Shown piece by piece: positions 36,849 to 48,218 of a DNA stretch of 64,000 bases. This DNA is from Vicugna vicugna. Its lineage: Eukaryota. The notes below the pieces were generated by a model. It was not told the origin of the DNA. It saw only the letters and a program-made list of their open reading frames with translations, and did no database searches. The stretch is from assembly GCA_013265495.1 (NCBI GenBank), contig MU062724.1, positions 6,112,023 through 6,176,022 of the forward strand, written 5' to 3'. Positions within the stretch are counted from its first letter, which is position 1; each line of letters opens with the position of its first letter. Both the position numbers and the translations under genes were made by a program.

Positions 36849-38644
36849 GATGTAATTCTATATGTAAATCTAAAGAAGATAAAATGAGTTATGATCTATA
36901 AATTGATTATTACTATGGTGTATCTGCTAAAAGTAATATAATTATTAGGTGAAGATCAAATAACTTTAAAGACTATGAAGTACAGAAACTGGCATATATT
37001 TATATATCAAATATAAATTTTCCTCAAAAATCTGTACCTTAGTGACTTCAGTGTTCGGTTTGGGTTGGTTGTCTTGTGAATGGTGGCGCTTGACTTTCTT
37101 CTTTCTGCGATACTGAATTATTTCATCACTCCAAATTTTGAAGTCATAAAGGGAGAAAAACATGGAGCTCATTAAAGGAAAGTAAAACTATGAGTAAAGT
37201 TAATTGCCTTTGTAACAAAAAAATTACTAAACTAGTATCTATTATGCAAATCATTACCATTTGTAAATTAGTCATTACATGACCAATGGTAGCAAAACTG
37301 GATATAAAATAAAAGAATTAAACAAGTTTTTTAAACTAAATGTAGAGAGTGTTCATGAGGATCTTTAGAAAGGAGGGGAATGTTGCAAGATGCTTAGATA
37401 TACTGAAGTGGAGAAACAAATTTTGCAAATCATTATCATGGAAATTTATCATTTTGAAGAAAATTAGTTAATGTAAGTATTAAAACATAATGACTGTGGA
37501 TGGGCAAAATTATTAACACATCAATTTTTACACATATCCATGTAAGGATTATAATAGAAATATGCATACATTAGATGCTTATTAATGGTAGACAATTATG
37601 AAGCTGTTATATTAATAATTATAGAAGAAAATTCCCCAAAGTGGGAGAACAAATTAGAGGGAAATGAGGAAGGGCTTAGAATTTAAGAGAGCCTTTTGGT
37701 GATTGAGTAATTTTAAGAGGCTACCTTATGGTAATATAGCTGGGTGAAATTATGTATGGTTTCATTGTCAAGGGGCAATGAGCTGCTGTAACAATGCAGA
37801 ACCAACCGAGGAACCTCAAGAGTTGCAGATCCTATCAAATCTACATAAGACTAGGAAAATCTACCTGAGAGAAAAGTGAAGGCAATATTGAAGTAAAGGA
37901 ATTCTTACGCCAGGGGATGAAGTGATTTATCATGGCACATAGGAAATCTGTGGCAAGACGGAAACATAGCCCAAGGCCAGTTACATACACCTAATGAACA
38001 ACTTATCCATTTTGACAAACTTGAATATCACCCCAGGATAAAGCACTTAAGGATGTTTAATAAATATTACTCTTAAAGAAAGAAAATAGACTGTTTTTTA
38101 TAATCATGACCCAGAAGTCTCTGCTAAATATAAGTTGCCAATTATTGCTTTAATCCATTCCACAATCAGGATCCTCAGTGATTTAATAGAGAATAAGGGA
38201 GCACACAATGAACCAATACTGTGTTAATAAGCAGAGCAGAATTTTTTTAGCTGAATGTGGTCTGTTTTTATTTTTGTTAATTCACGTTACATTTAAATAA
38301 CTGTCTTTCCTTATAACATTAGAGTTTGGCAGAACTAATATTTTCTATCAGGTCCTTATTTTGTATAATTAGATTTCAGGGGCAGGGTAACTTGGTTTTC
38401 AGAATGGGATATTGATTTTTCACCCTTAAGCTTGTTTTAGATATAGGAATAATTGATCAGTGACATTTAACTGATTTACTCTGGGGCAGATGATCAGCAA
38501 AGCAATAAAAAAGTTAAGGAATGAAAACTAATAATAATTCCTGTGCATAAGCCAGTTACATAACATGCATATTTGATTAACTATGAAATCATTGCTTTGC
38601 ACGCAAATCAATTTTTCTGTTTACAAAGATTGGAAGAGTGGTAC

Positions 38645-38673
38645 CTTTTCTAAAAGAGAAGTATGTACTTTGC
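38645..38673 (-). CDS. Very weak candidate - strand mini-exon (29 nt, phase 1-0): (G)KVHTSLLEK
   Basis: ccattattttcag|GCAAAG...GAAAAG|gtacca. Phase-compatible with the 48159-48218 candidate. Confidence 0.12.
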
Positions 38674-39369
38674 CTGAAAATAATGGTAGTGCTAGTCACA
38701 CACATTATTTCACTAACAGTGAAATAATCATATAGATACATAAATAAAGTGATTCAGAAAACAGCAAAGTGGTATTTTTTTTCAAAGCTTTATGAAATTA
38801 AAGGGAAAATAAATCCTATGTAAAACATCCATTGGATTAAAAGAGAAATAAATTCTTGCTGGTTGAACTTCTCAAAAACCTAAGCTTCACAGAAGGAGAG
38901 AAAAAGAAAAAAGAAAGGAAAAAAAGGAGCTTAAATCAGCTTCACACTGGTTTTTAATAAGGTTAATTAATTGCTGCTAATTGCAACAGCCAGAAGACAG
39001 ACGCTTTGTCAGAGATAATGCAGTGGGGAGAAACGGGATAGAGAAGTGTTCGTAAAATGTGAACTTTCAGAATTACTCTCTAACTCACTGTGCTTAGGAT
39101 CCAAACAGGTAACACAATACTAAGAGAAGCACATATCCTGAAAAAAGATGCAATTAAGTATTTTTTTTTAACTCCTCAGTAATTATACACATGTCTATTG
39201 ACCAAGTGAAAACTTGACAATTCTTTGTTTATTTGATCAATGTAATAGTCAAATTCTATAATTCAGTCATCTGAATTCATTTTGAGTATAATAAATATAG
39301 TCATAACCTAAATGTATTATTATTCATCTCTAATAAAAATTTTCACATTGGAGATAAGAGCAATAGTGA

Positions 39370-39600
39370 GAAATAACATTCATAAAAGCTAATGATGTGT
39401 CTGACATTGTTCTAAGAGAGCTTCAAAGAAAGCTTCAACTCATTTAATCTCCTCCAAAACTAATGAACTAATTAATATTATTATCTCAATTTTACAGGTG
39501 AAGAAACAGAAATACAGAGGGGTTAAATAGTTACCCAGGGTTACAGATAATAAGTAGTGAAGCAGAATTTTGAACTTCTGTCCCATGCTGTCACAGCAAC
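39370..39600 (-). mobile_element. MIR, antisense
   Basis: ctcatttaatcctc...attttacaggtgaagaaacagaaatacagaggggttaaatagttacccagggttacaga...agtagtgaagcagaattttgaac. Confidence 0.8.
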
Positions 39601-40197
39601 TTTGTTTCATGCATCTCGAAAACAGATGACTTGTGTTTTCAGGAAGATCAGCTAGCATTGAAGCATTATTGCTAGTTTTCAGGTTTGGCCAAAGTGATCA
39701 TTCAGAGCAATTTTAGAGAAGCAGATTCAGAAAAGAATGTACTTTTCCAATCTACCCTAATTTATATATTCATAATTTAAAAGGTATGTTGGTCTGAAAA
39801 GGACTGGCATACATCCCTATTTAGAAATATCTGTACCTCTTACAAGGCAAGGCAAACAACGTAATTTTTCTATTTCCATTTATAGTCCTGCCCCAAAGAT
39901 TAAAATATATGTTAGAAATAAACGGGTTTATTAGTATATCAAATTTCTGAGAAATAGTTAATAGGGATAATTATAAACTTGAGAAAAATTAGGCAAACCT
40001 AAAGAAAAGAAAAATTACCCATCCAGCCAGACTGTTATATTCTTATCTGTGATAGGTGGAGACACTTGTAACACATAATTCAGAACAAATGGCAAAATAA
40101 CAGATGACTATATTTGCAGTGCTCGTTTCTGTATGATCAGATAGATGCTTCTTATTTATATGAGTATAAATATAAGGAAACCATCAACTGCCTAAAA

Positions 40198-40330
40198 ATG
40201 ATTGTGATAAAATATACATAACAAAATTTACCACTTAAACCCATTTTAAGTGACTATTCAGTGATATCAAGTGCATTCACATTGTGCAACCATCATCACT
40301 ATGCATCTCCAGATATTTTCCATTAACATC
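40198..40330 (-). mobile_element. Old L1 (L1MB-like) 3' terminus, antisense
   Basis: ttgtgataaaatatacataacaaaatttaccacttaaacccattttaagtg..attcagtg...cacattgtgcaaccatcatcact. Confidence 0.8.
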
Positions 40331-42009
40331 TACTTTTAAAGATGCAAGAACATACTAAGACTATAAGGCCTCAGGGAGTTAGCTCAAATTTTAGATATAA
40401 GCATTTATTTTCATTTCCCTGAGGAAGAAATCCAACTTAACTTATGTCTACATAATCACCATTGTTTCCTAGTAGTCCTAGTATGTGGTCATTTCTTCTT
40501 TACAAACAAGAACTGAAGTATCTACTTAGAGGTTTTTTGTTTTTTTTTTTTCATGATTGTAAAATGTGTCAGGAACTTCATATCAAAACTATATTCATAT
40601 TTATTCAGAAGAAGCGATTTTAATTTGTTAGAGTTGTAAATCATTCAGTGGATTCATTGAGATGAAACATTTTCTGTGTACAAGAAACCATGATTTTTAC
40701 TATAGTCATAATGTAATACAAGAGAAAGCTGTTTAGAATATTATGATTTTTAAAACATATGTTCTGTATTTTAGACAAGCCCAAGCTCTAGTTTAGTTGC
40801 TTTTACTTGAACAGCTAAAAAATATTGGCAGTATTTAATGAATTGGATGATAACAGCATGTTATGTAGGTAAATATGTCAACGTATAAGAATCTGAAATT
40901 CCCACTGAATTTTTACCTATCTGATCTAACTTATCCTAAAGGAAATAGAGAATATACTACTAGGGGAAAAATTGTGCTTTTTACTTCATTTTCCTCATGC
41001 TTAACATCATCTCTGACTGACTTGAATATTTAAAAAAATGATACACAAAAAATGTAAATTCTCTACTTCTACCTTTGAAAAGAATTTGACATTCTCATTA
41101 GAGTTTCTTGATATTGTTTTTTATAAAGTAATTTGAAGGCAAAAGTGTTGAAATCACATTACTGTTGCTAAACCAGAATATAAAATTGTGATACTTTTTG
41201 ATAGTTATGTCCTGGCATAAAATTGCAAAGGTTTTAATCTTCTCTGCATCTTTGGAGTGAAAATGGGTTATTTGCCAATAACCATATTGTCAAAATTCAA
41301 ACTATTAACCTAATTTGCTATCTGTCTAAACATTAAAAGCTATTTCAGAGTCATTCAGTCATATGCCATCTTGGTATTTTTAACTAAATACAGAACATTT
41401 TATTCCTCCTTCATGGCCCTCAGCCTCCTACCAGGCATTGCCAATGCCATTATCTCAGTTTTGAATCAGATTCCAAGCCTTAGAGTAGATTTATATTTGT
41501 TCTGGTTCTTTATTAACATATGGGTCAAAACTGAAATACTCATTCATGTTTAACTTGATAATTTGCATTAGTAGTAAATTCTATTTTTCAGATATTTTCC
41601 CAAAGAGAATCTGGCACTAATCCTCAGCAAAGCATCAGTATGTGTCCAAGAATTACCTAACAGTCTTTACCACATGCCATAAAGCCAGTGATTTTAGATC
41701 TCCACTTCAGAAAAATGTAGAGATGCTTTAAAAATTACATTATATTGAGCTTGTGCTTTAAGACTTTTAATCAATAACAACCTTGATAAAAGCCCTAAAA
41801 TAAAATATCACCATAGCAAAATTCCCCAAATAGGCATAATATGAATGGGCATTCAGCCTTCTGAAAGAGCTAATAGTGACACAGAGAAGATAGGATTAAA
41901 AGGTCATTTTGTTGCCATGGTGGTAGTTAACGTTTTTCTTTCTTGGATATACCCTCGTCACATATTTATTTTCAACCAGCAATACAATACTTATTCACCC
42001 ATATAATAT

Positions 42010-42370
42010 AATTAACCTTTCCTTCTTGAGCTGACCCTTTCAAAAAATCTTGCTCTTGCAAAACTCTGAAGTCTCACTTCTTACCATGTTTCCCAGTACT
42101 CTCACATCATACTATTCCCTTTCTCTCTCTCTCTCTTCTAGCTTTTCCTCTATGCCATTGTTGGTCTGGATAACTCTGAGTAAAAATTCAAAACTCATTT
42201 CAGATGTTACTCTGTTAGCAAGCCTTTCTTTGCCCACCTGCCACCCACTACTCCAGCAGGCTGGGCCAAATGGGTGCCAGCATCTTTTTATTGTCATTGT
42301 CACCATGTGTGTGTTTAGTAGTTGTTCTCCTCCCCTTACCTGCCCCCCCCCGCAATCTGGCAGTAAGTGC
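42010..42370 (+). mobile_element. L2 fragment
   Basis: aaaactcatttcagatgttactctgttagcaagcctttc...ctgggccaaatggg resembles the L2 3' region. Confidence 0.5.
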
Positions 42371-43924
42371 TAATAGGCATGTTTTACACTTTATAGTTTT
42401 CACTTTTTTTGGTAAACTATTTTTAAAAAGAAAAGTACCTTGAGAGGGTTATTTATGTCAATAATCTGTTTATTGTAGTAAGCAATGCTACCTTATGACA
42501 CTCAGGTACTAATTCAGACAATAGATTGTGCCTCCTAGAGTATAGATTGAGTCTGTGCCTAGGGACTCAACTGGGAAGAGTGTTATAATCAATTGTGGTG
42601 TCTGCCAATGAAATGGGAGAGAGGAGAAAAGGAATTCATAGTATTCCTGCCCTGATGGAACAGTCAGATTATAGACCATGTACTGGGGATAAAAACAGTA
42701 ATAATAATGAGAGAATGACATGAATATCAGAGAATGGAAATCTGTAGAGCCGAAAGGTAAAACCCAGTGGAGGGATCTGGGCAACCAAGGAATATCATAA
42801 AGAGTGTGTGTGTGTGTGTTTTCTCACATTTGTCTGGGGTCCTATTTCTTCCAACCTCTGTCTGTGATTTGGGCTGCACCGTGCCTCAAATACTATCTCA
42901 ACCAAAAATGTCTCCTAGAGTTGTCCTATGATGTACAAAATTTTCCGAGTTGGATTGCAGAAAGTCACAGTCTTTTCTATTCCCCATTCTCGAATACCAC
43001 TTAGTGTTACCACCTTTTTTTCCCCTCTCAAGCCAGCTACATTTATTCTTATATGTGAATGAAATTAGTCATAACATCAGCTCTCTGAACAAATAATCTT
43101 GCGGAAATGTGGCAGAAATGCAAATGGAATGTATAGCTTGTTTAGCATAAAAGAAAATGGATGCTCCTTTTCAAATACTGTATTGTTCTAAATATAAACC
43201 CTATTGTTCGTAAATCTTCTCCAGCTAAGTTTTGCAATTATGCTTTTTGCCCATAGAATTGACTTTATTTTTAGGCAAACACGATTCTGTTATGTGAATA
43301 ACCCAGGTAGGAAATGAGACAGTATAAATCCTGACGATTGTTCAAGCCATTTAATGCAAATTTGGGGTTACAGTGCAAGTGCTTGTTTCCTTGGAGTGCA
43401 GATACAGAATACGTGAGCATTTCCTACGGCATACTTTCTGTAAGATTATAAAAACAGAGTTATTCACATAGATGAAGAAAAATTAGCTGTGATTTTAGTA
43501 TTCAGAGATAATTAAGAATGTAAATATTTCAAGTGACCAGTACTTTTTGCACTGATAGAGTTCAGGTTGTCTGAAGTTACCTGGAGTATTGCCTAAAGAT
43601 CTCCTTCTCAAAGGGAACAAAAAACAACGGCCAATTTTTGTCTCTAATACTTTGGTTTTATCATGAAGTAGACAAACCCTGTACTGTGTGTTTTCTTGGG
43701 GCTCCATATAGATCTGTATAATAAATATTTCAAACTCTACTTTTTGACAACTAAAAAAGTGATCTTCTTTGGTGTATTCCTGTAAACTAGATCCCCTGAG
43801 GCTTTGGACCATGGCTTTAGATTCCAGTCAGCCGTTAGTCCAGTAGGGCCTTAAAGATTCATCTCCACTCACACACATGGAGAACTGTACTGGTTGAAAA
43901 AAATATATAATGTGTTGGTACAGG

Positions 43925-44478
43925 TATTACCCCAAAAGGGGGAGAGAAAAGACCCTAGTTCTTATCTTACCAAAAAGTTAATAATTCAAACGAGAGATGG
44001 AAGTGTTGTGTAGCGAAAGATTTTAAAGGTTTTATTTAGCCAAGGGAAAGTACACCTCCAGGAACAGGAGGCAGGCTGAGCCAAGCGTGGATAGCAATCA
44101 TCTTTATTTGCCCCTTCCCTTGTACCCTCGCTTAGAGGTGGTCTCTTGATTGGTTGACAGCTCTTAACCATGGAGTGCTGAGTCATATTCATCCCCTTTT
44201 ATGCATGTCCTTAGCCATGATGCACACAGAAAAACCCATGGAGAGGGCACTAAACAGCAATGCTAATTATATTACAATGAGCTGTGGGTCATGTCTGGTT
44301 AGGTCCTTGTCACTACGGCACAGTTGTGGCTTCAGGTTCTAACCAGTTTCTTGCTGGCACTCATTTAGAGAAAGTAAAACCTCTTTATTCTGAAGGTGGA
44401 CATACTGTCATCTGCCAGACCACCCTCCCTCTCCTCCATCTATCTGCCTGGTGCCCCCACTTATCTAACTACCTAACA
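43925..44478 (-). mobile_element. ERV1-type solo LTR, copy 3 of 3
   Basis: Ends read tattacccc...ctaactacctaaca, with a perfect 4-bp TSD cagg (43921-43924 and 44479-44482). AATAAA lies on the - strand near 44030. Confidence 0.9.
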
Positions 44479-44499
44479 CAGGCATTGCTGTGGAGGGGT

Positions 44500-44975
44500 T
44501 CTTTACTAATTAGGGAAAGCCTAGCTGTGAAGAAAGCAAAAGTCCTGATATTTTAGGAGTGTAATACAAAACAAATTTACTTGGCCTAGGAACAGTCTAA
44601 CATGAGTATTTTGGCTTGTTGGAGCAGTGAGGGGGCTCTGTTCCATGCAGTCATTCAGGGACCAAGGAGAATGGAGTTTCTGCCATTTCCAAAAATATGA
44701 CTTCCAGTATTTCAGTGAAGGAGGGAAAGACATCTAGCCAGTAGACAGAGGAAAGGGGAAAAGAGTTAAGACACACCTGCTTCTTAATTACCCTGATCCA
44801 GAAGAGACAGGCATCACTTATATTCATATAAACTTCATGAGAACTACTCACATGGCCATACCAAGACAAAGAAAACTTGCAAGTAAAGTCTGGCTGAGCA
44901 GCTACTTCCCAGCATTACTTCTCATGATGAAAGGAGAGTAAAAATCTTTGATAAACAGTTAGCTATTTTTGTCAT
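44500..44975 (-). mobile_element. Old MaLR LTR, MLT1J/K/L-like
   Basis: gggggctctgttccatgcagtcattcagggaccaagg...ctgccatttccaaaa...ctcacatggccataccaa. Confidence 0.65.
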
Positions 44976-45094
44976 AGTTCTTTACTTGAATAAATCTATG
45001 CAATCCCTTTGGGAGAAAAACAGAATAATATATTGGCAGTACGAGTTACCCAACTAGATAATACATGAAGACATCATTAAATGTGGCATCAGCC

Positions 45095-45560
45095 TTGCAA
45101 GAAATCTCCATGCTTCCATCTCTGTACTTCCTACCATCCATTCGCTACATAGCAACTAGAGTGTTACTTCGGAAGTGGAGTTTGCTTTTTATTCTACGTT
45201 CAAGGAGACCAGTGAGGATTGCAAGCAAGGAATTACAGAAAAAACAACAACAAACTGATTTCCATTTTCCAAGCCTCTCAACCAAGGCTATCAGGAAGTG
45301 ATTATCTGGCCCTGCTTAACTGTCTGCTCTGGTATCCTAGCCCCCTCTCCCTGTTCCCTGTATTTTAACTACACCTCTTTCTGACGCATGTCCATCTCAG
45401 AAATGATGCATCTACTGCGATTTCCACCTTAACTGCTCATCCTTCAGATTTTCACATGTAAGACTTCTACAGGTTGCAGCTCCAGTGTCCCATCCTCGGA
45501 GAGGTCATCCCGACCACCGTACTTAAAGAAGCAGCCTCACCACAGCAGATACATACTATG
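45095..45560 (+). mobile_element. L2
   Basis: ccatccattcgctacatagcaactagagtg...ggctatcaggaagtgattatctggccctgc...cagctccagtgtcccatcctcggagaggtcatcccgaccacc. Confidence 0.7.
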
Positions 45561-45599
45561 ACCTTGCTTGAGAATCTCTGTCTGCCTAACACCCATCAG

Positions 45600-45770
45600 T
45601 CCTATGATACATGGCATTTTGTAACAAATATATTTTATAACTGATTTGAGACTTTGATGACCTATTCTGAACTTTCGTTTGATGGTGAGGAAAACTAAGA
45701 CTCAAATCACTACTGACTTCCCTAAGGTCATGTTGATGTCAATGGTGAGCTGAAACACAGAAGCCACTAT
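45600..45770 (-). mobile_element. MIR, antisense
   Basis: gatggtgaggaaaactaagactcaaa...gacttccctaaggtcatgttgatgtcaatggtgagctgaaac. Confidence 0.55.
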
Positions 45771-45949
45771 GTATTTCCAACATTTATTTTATGAAATACC
45801 TTGGAGAATGTAAAATATAACAACTTCATATTTGTTTAAATGAATTGATATTTCTTTTTCAGAGATAAGGAAACCTACTAATTGTTAACAGATAATAGGA
45901 TGTAGCTTTTAAATAAACACCAGGTTTAAGACTAGTGAAATGTAAATAT

Positions 45950-46160
45950 GAACATAGTCTTGTAGCTATGTTGCTCAGTAGTGTAGTCTCTAGCTATATG
46001 AGGCCATTCCAATTTAAAATAAGAAAAATTAACAATTCGTAAGTCACACTAGCCACATTTTGGTTCTCTATAGCCACATGTGGCAAATGGCTACTATATT
46101 TGATAGTTCATAGAACATTTGAATTATCCATAAAGTTCTATCTGATGGTGTTGGTCTATA
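45950..46160. mobile_element. MER3-like hAT-Charlie DNA transposon
   Basis: cacactagccacattttggttctctatagccacatgtggcaaatggctactatatttgatag...catagaacatttgaattatccataaagttctatc. Confidence 0.75.
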
Positions 46161-47531
46161 GGTTTGTCTTTCCTCTGCTCTTACCAGATTTGTTATTCTT
46201 GGCTCTGGATTCCATAACTCCCTTTTTCTTTCTAATAATTTATTCTGAGAATCGCTGTTCCATTTTCTGTACTGAATGTCAGAAGCAGGCTTTCAACAAA
46301 GCAGGTGGGGTAAGGTGGGGAGGGCATAAATGCAGTTCACTATGAATCTCTACAAAAGATGGTGCTCATAATTTGTATTGTAATTTCTGTTTTGATGACA
46401 ATTGGTGGTTTTCTTACACTGTTTTAGAAAAATAGGACTGTAAGAACTTTAAACTCACATGATCGTGCAGAACATGCCAGGACATTATATTGTGACTTTG
46501 GGGAGCCACATATAAGGTTGCCCACTATGAAGTGAATATTCTTCATGCTCCTTCCTTTTACCTTTATTCTAGTTGCTGAATGCAGGAACACATTTTTCTA
46601 GTTTATTACCTGTTTCCAAGGAAATGAGTACCACTCCTGACCTCTCAAGGACACTTGCTAGTAACTTAGGAAGAAGCAACCCAGCTTCTATCTCAGGCTT
46701 TAGAAATGGTGATGCTCCTGTTTGTCTCACATATATTAGAGAAGGACATTTTCAGATATTCAGTGATTTGCACTATTGTTTCAATTATGCCAGGTGACCT
46801 CAAATATAAAGAGATTCTGTTTATTATTCTTGTTGTGAAAAATATATTGATGAGGTCATAAGGGAGAACATAGATGAGAGACTAAAACCCAATTACAAGA
46901 ATAGAAAATCATGTCAAAATTAATATTCTTCTGATAGTGGGCATGATGATCGCTGTCATTTTCTAAGCCTGGATTTTCATGGCTTGCACTCCAAATGCAA
47001 TTTTTTTCTCATCCAATTTGGGAAGTCGTTCTCAGGCAGTTTCATACTGTAGTATTATCATTCGAAGAGCTAGACTTTGCCTAAGCATGTCAGAATGATT
47101 CATATGGAATATTCTCTGCTTTGTCACTCAAATACAAGTGAATATTGTATTTCTCAATATGTAATTTAAAGGGCAACAGTGACTAACTGGAAAGAAAATA
47201 CACAGTCTCGTGGGAGAACTGATAAGGAGATTGAATATGAATATGAAGACAAGTAGAAGGAAACAAGGGTCTTGTCCTGGATTAGAGAAATCTGAGAAGG
47301 GACAGAAGTTTTTTAACATGTCTGTGAGTCTATCAAGAAAACGTGATTCTCCTACTCTTTATAATTTCAAATATCTAAAATGTGACAAATAGAAGGAAAT
47401 TACATGGATATAGATTTTACATTAATGTAAGTGCTAAATGGTTAGTAGTGTCATCTTCCTACTAAACTTTTTTTTTTTTAACTCTGTTTTTGTTCAAGCA
47501 GAGATTACATTTCACCCTATTAGGAAATTCT

Positions 47532-47790
47532 GAAGTATTCATTTCTTTTTTTTTTTTTAGTGAGATGCACATTTTAATTCCTCAGAATAACCATTTTGAA
47601 AATAACTTTAAAATATAGTTTAAAAAATAACAAAGATAATAAAACAGTACACTAAAGTATCTATTTAACAAAAAAGACAGTGAAGAAATGCAGGGACATA
47701 ACAGATATGATGTGTAGGAAACACAACAACATGGCAGGTATAATTCTAGCATATCAATAGTTACATTTAACGCCGAAGTATTCATTTCTT
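47532..47790 (-). mobile_element. L1-mediated polyadenylated insert (227 nt) with 16-bp TSD
   Basis: gaagtattcatttctt occurs at 47532-47547 and again at 47775-47790. A poly-T run abuts the left copy (poly-A on the - strand), with ATTAAA about 15-20 nt upstream of it on that strand. Confidence 0.75.
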
Positions 47791-48158
47791 GCAAGGTAGT
47801 TTTCTCTTAGAAACTTCTACCTCTATGCTGTTTTCTAACAGCAAGATACTATGATTAAACAATAATTGTGAGTTGGTGGCCAATATTGGACAGGATTTAA
47901 AAAGATACAAATAAGTAGGTGGAATTGATTACCAATATCTAATTTTATCCATTGAAGTAAAAATCTATCCTTATTATTTCATAGTAAGTAGTCTAAAAAA
48001 TAACTACTTCGTAGAGATAACTGACTGTCTGCAATTTTATGTAACTCTTAGACCCTTCCAGTCTTTTTTAAGAATCAAACAGTTGAGTCTGTTGGTTTGT
48101 CAGTTTCCTGTTGCTTTAATCTTCATTCAATTTAGAAAATTGGCCTTTCATGACTTAC

Positions 48159-48218
48159 CAGGAAAAACATCATTTTCTTCTGTTTTTCTTATTTTTTTTT
48201 GTTCTTGCCCAGTTTCCT
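48159..48218 (-). CDS. Candidate - strand exon (60 nt, phase 1-1): (E)ETGQEQKKIRKTEENDVFP
   Basis: Acceptor gtgtttacttttcttctgacattag| and donor CTG|gtaagt. Symmetric exon with an open, charged frame. Confidence 0.35.

Noticed and set aside
43495-43812. 105-aa - strand ORF with an internal CAG|gtaact donor
   Set aside because: No recognisable homology, and no good acceptor gives the phase-1 entry needed after the 48159 donor.
46175-46265. - strand segment (YRKWNSDSQ)NKLLERKRELWNPEPRITNL ending at CTG|gtaaga
   Set aside because: The acceptors are poor, it is phase 0-0 and so incompatible with the neighbouring phase-1 candidate, and it abuts MER3.
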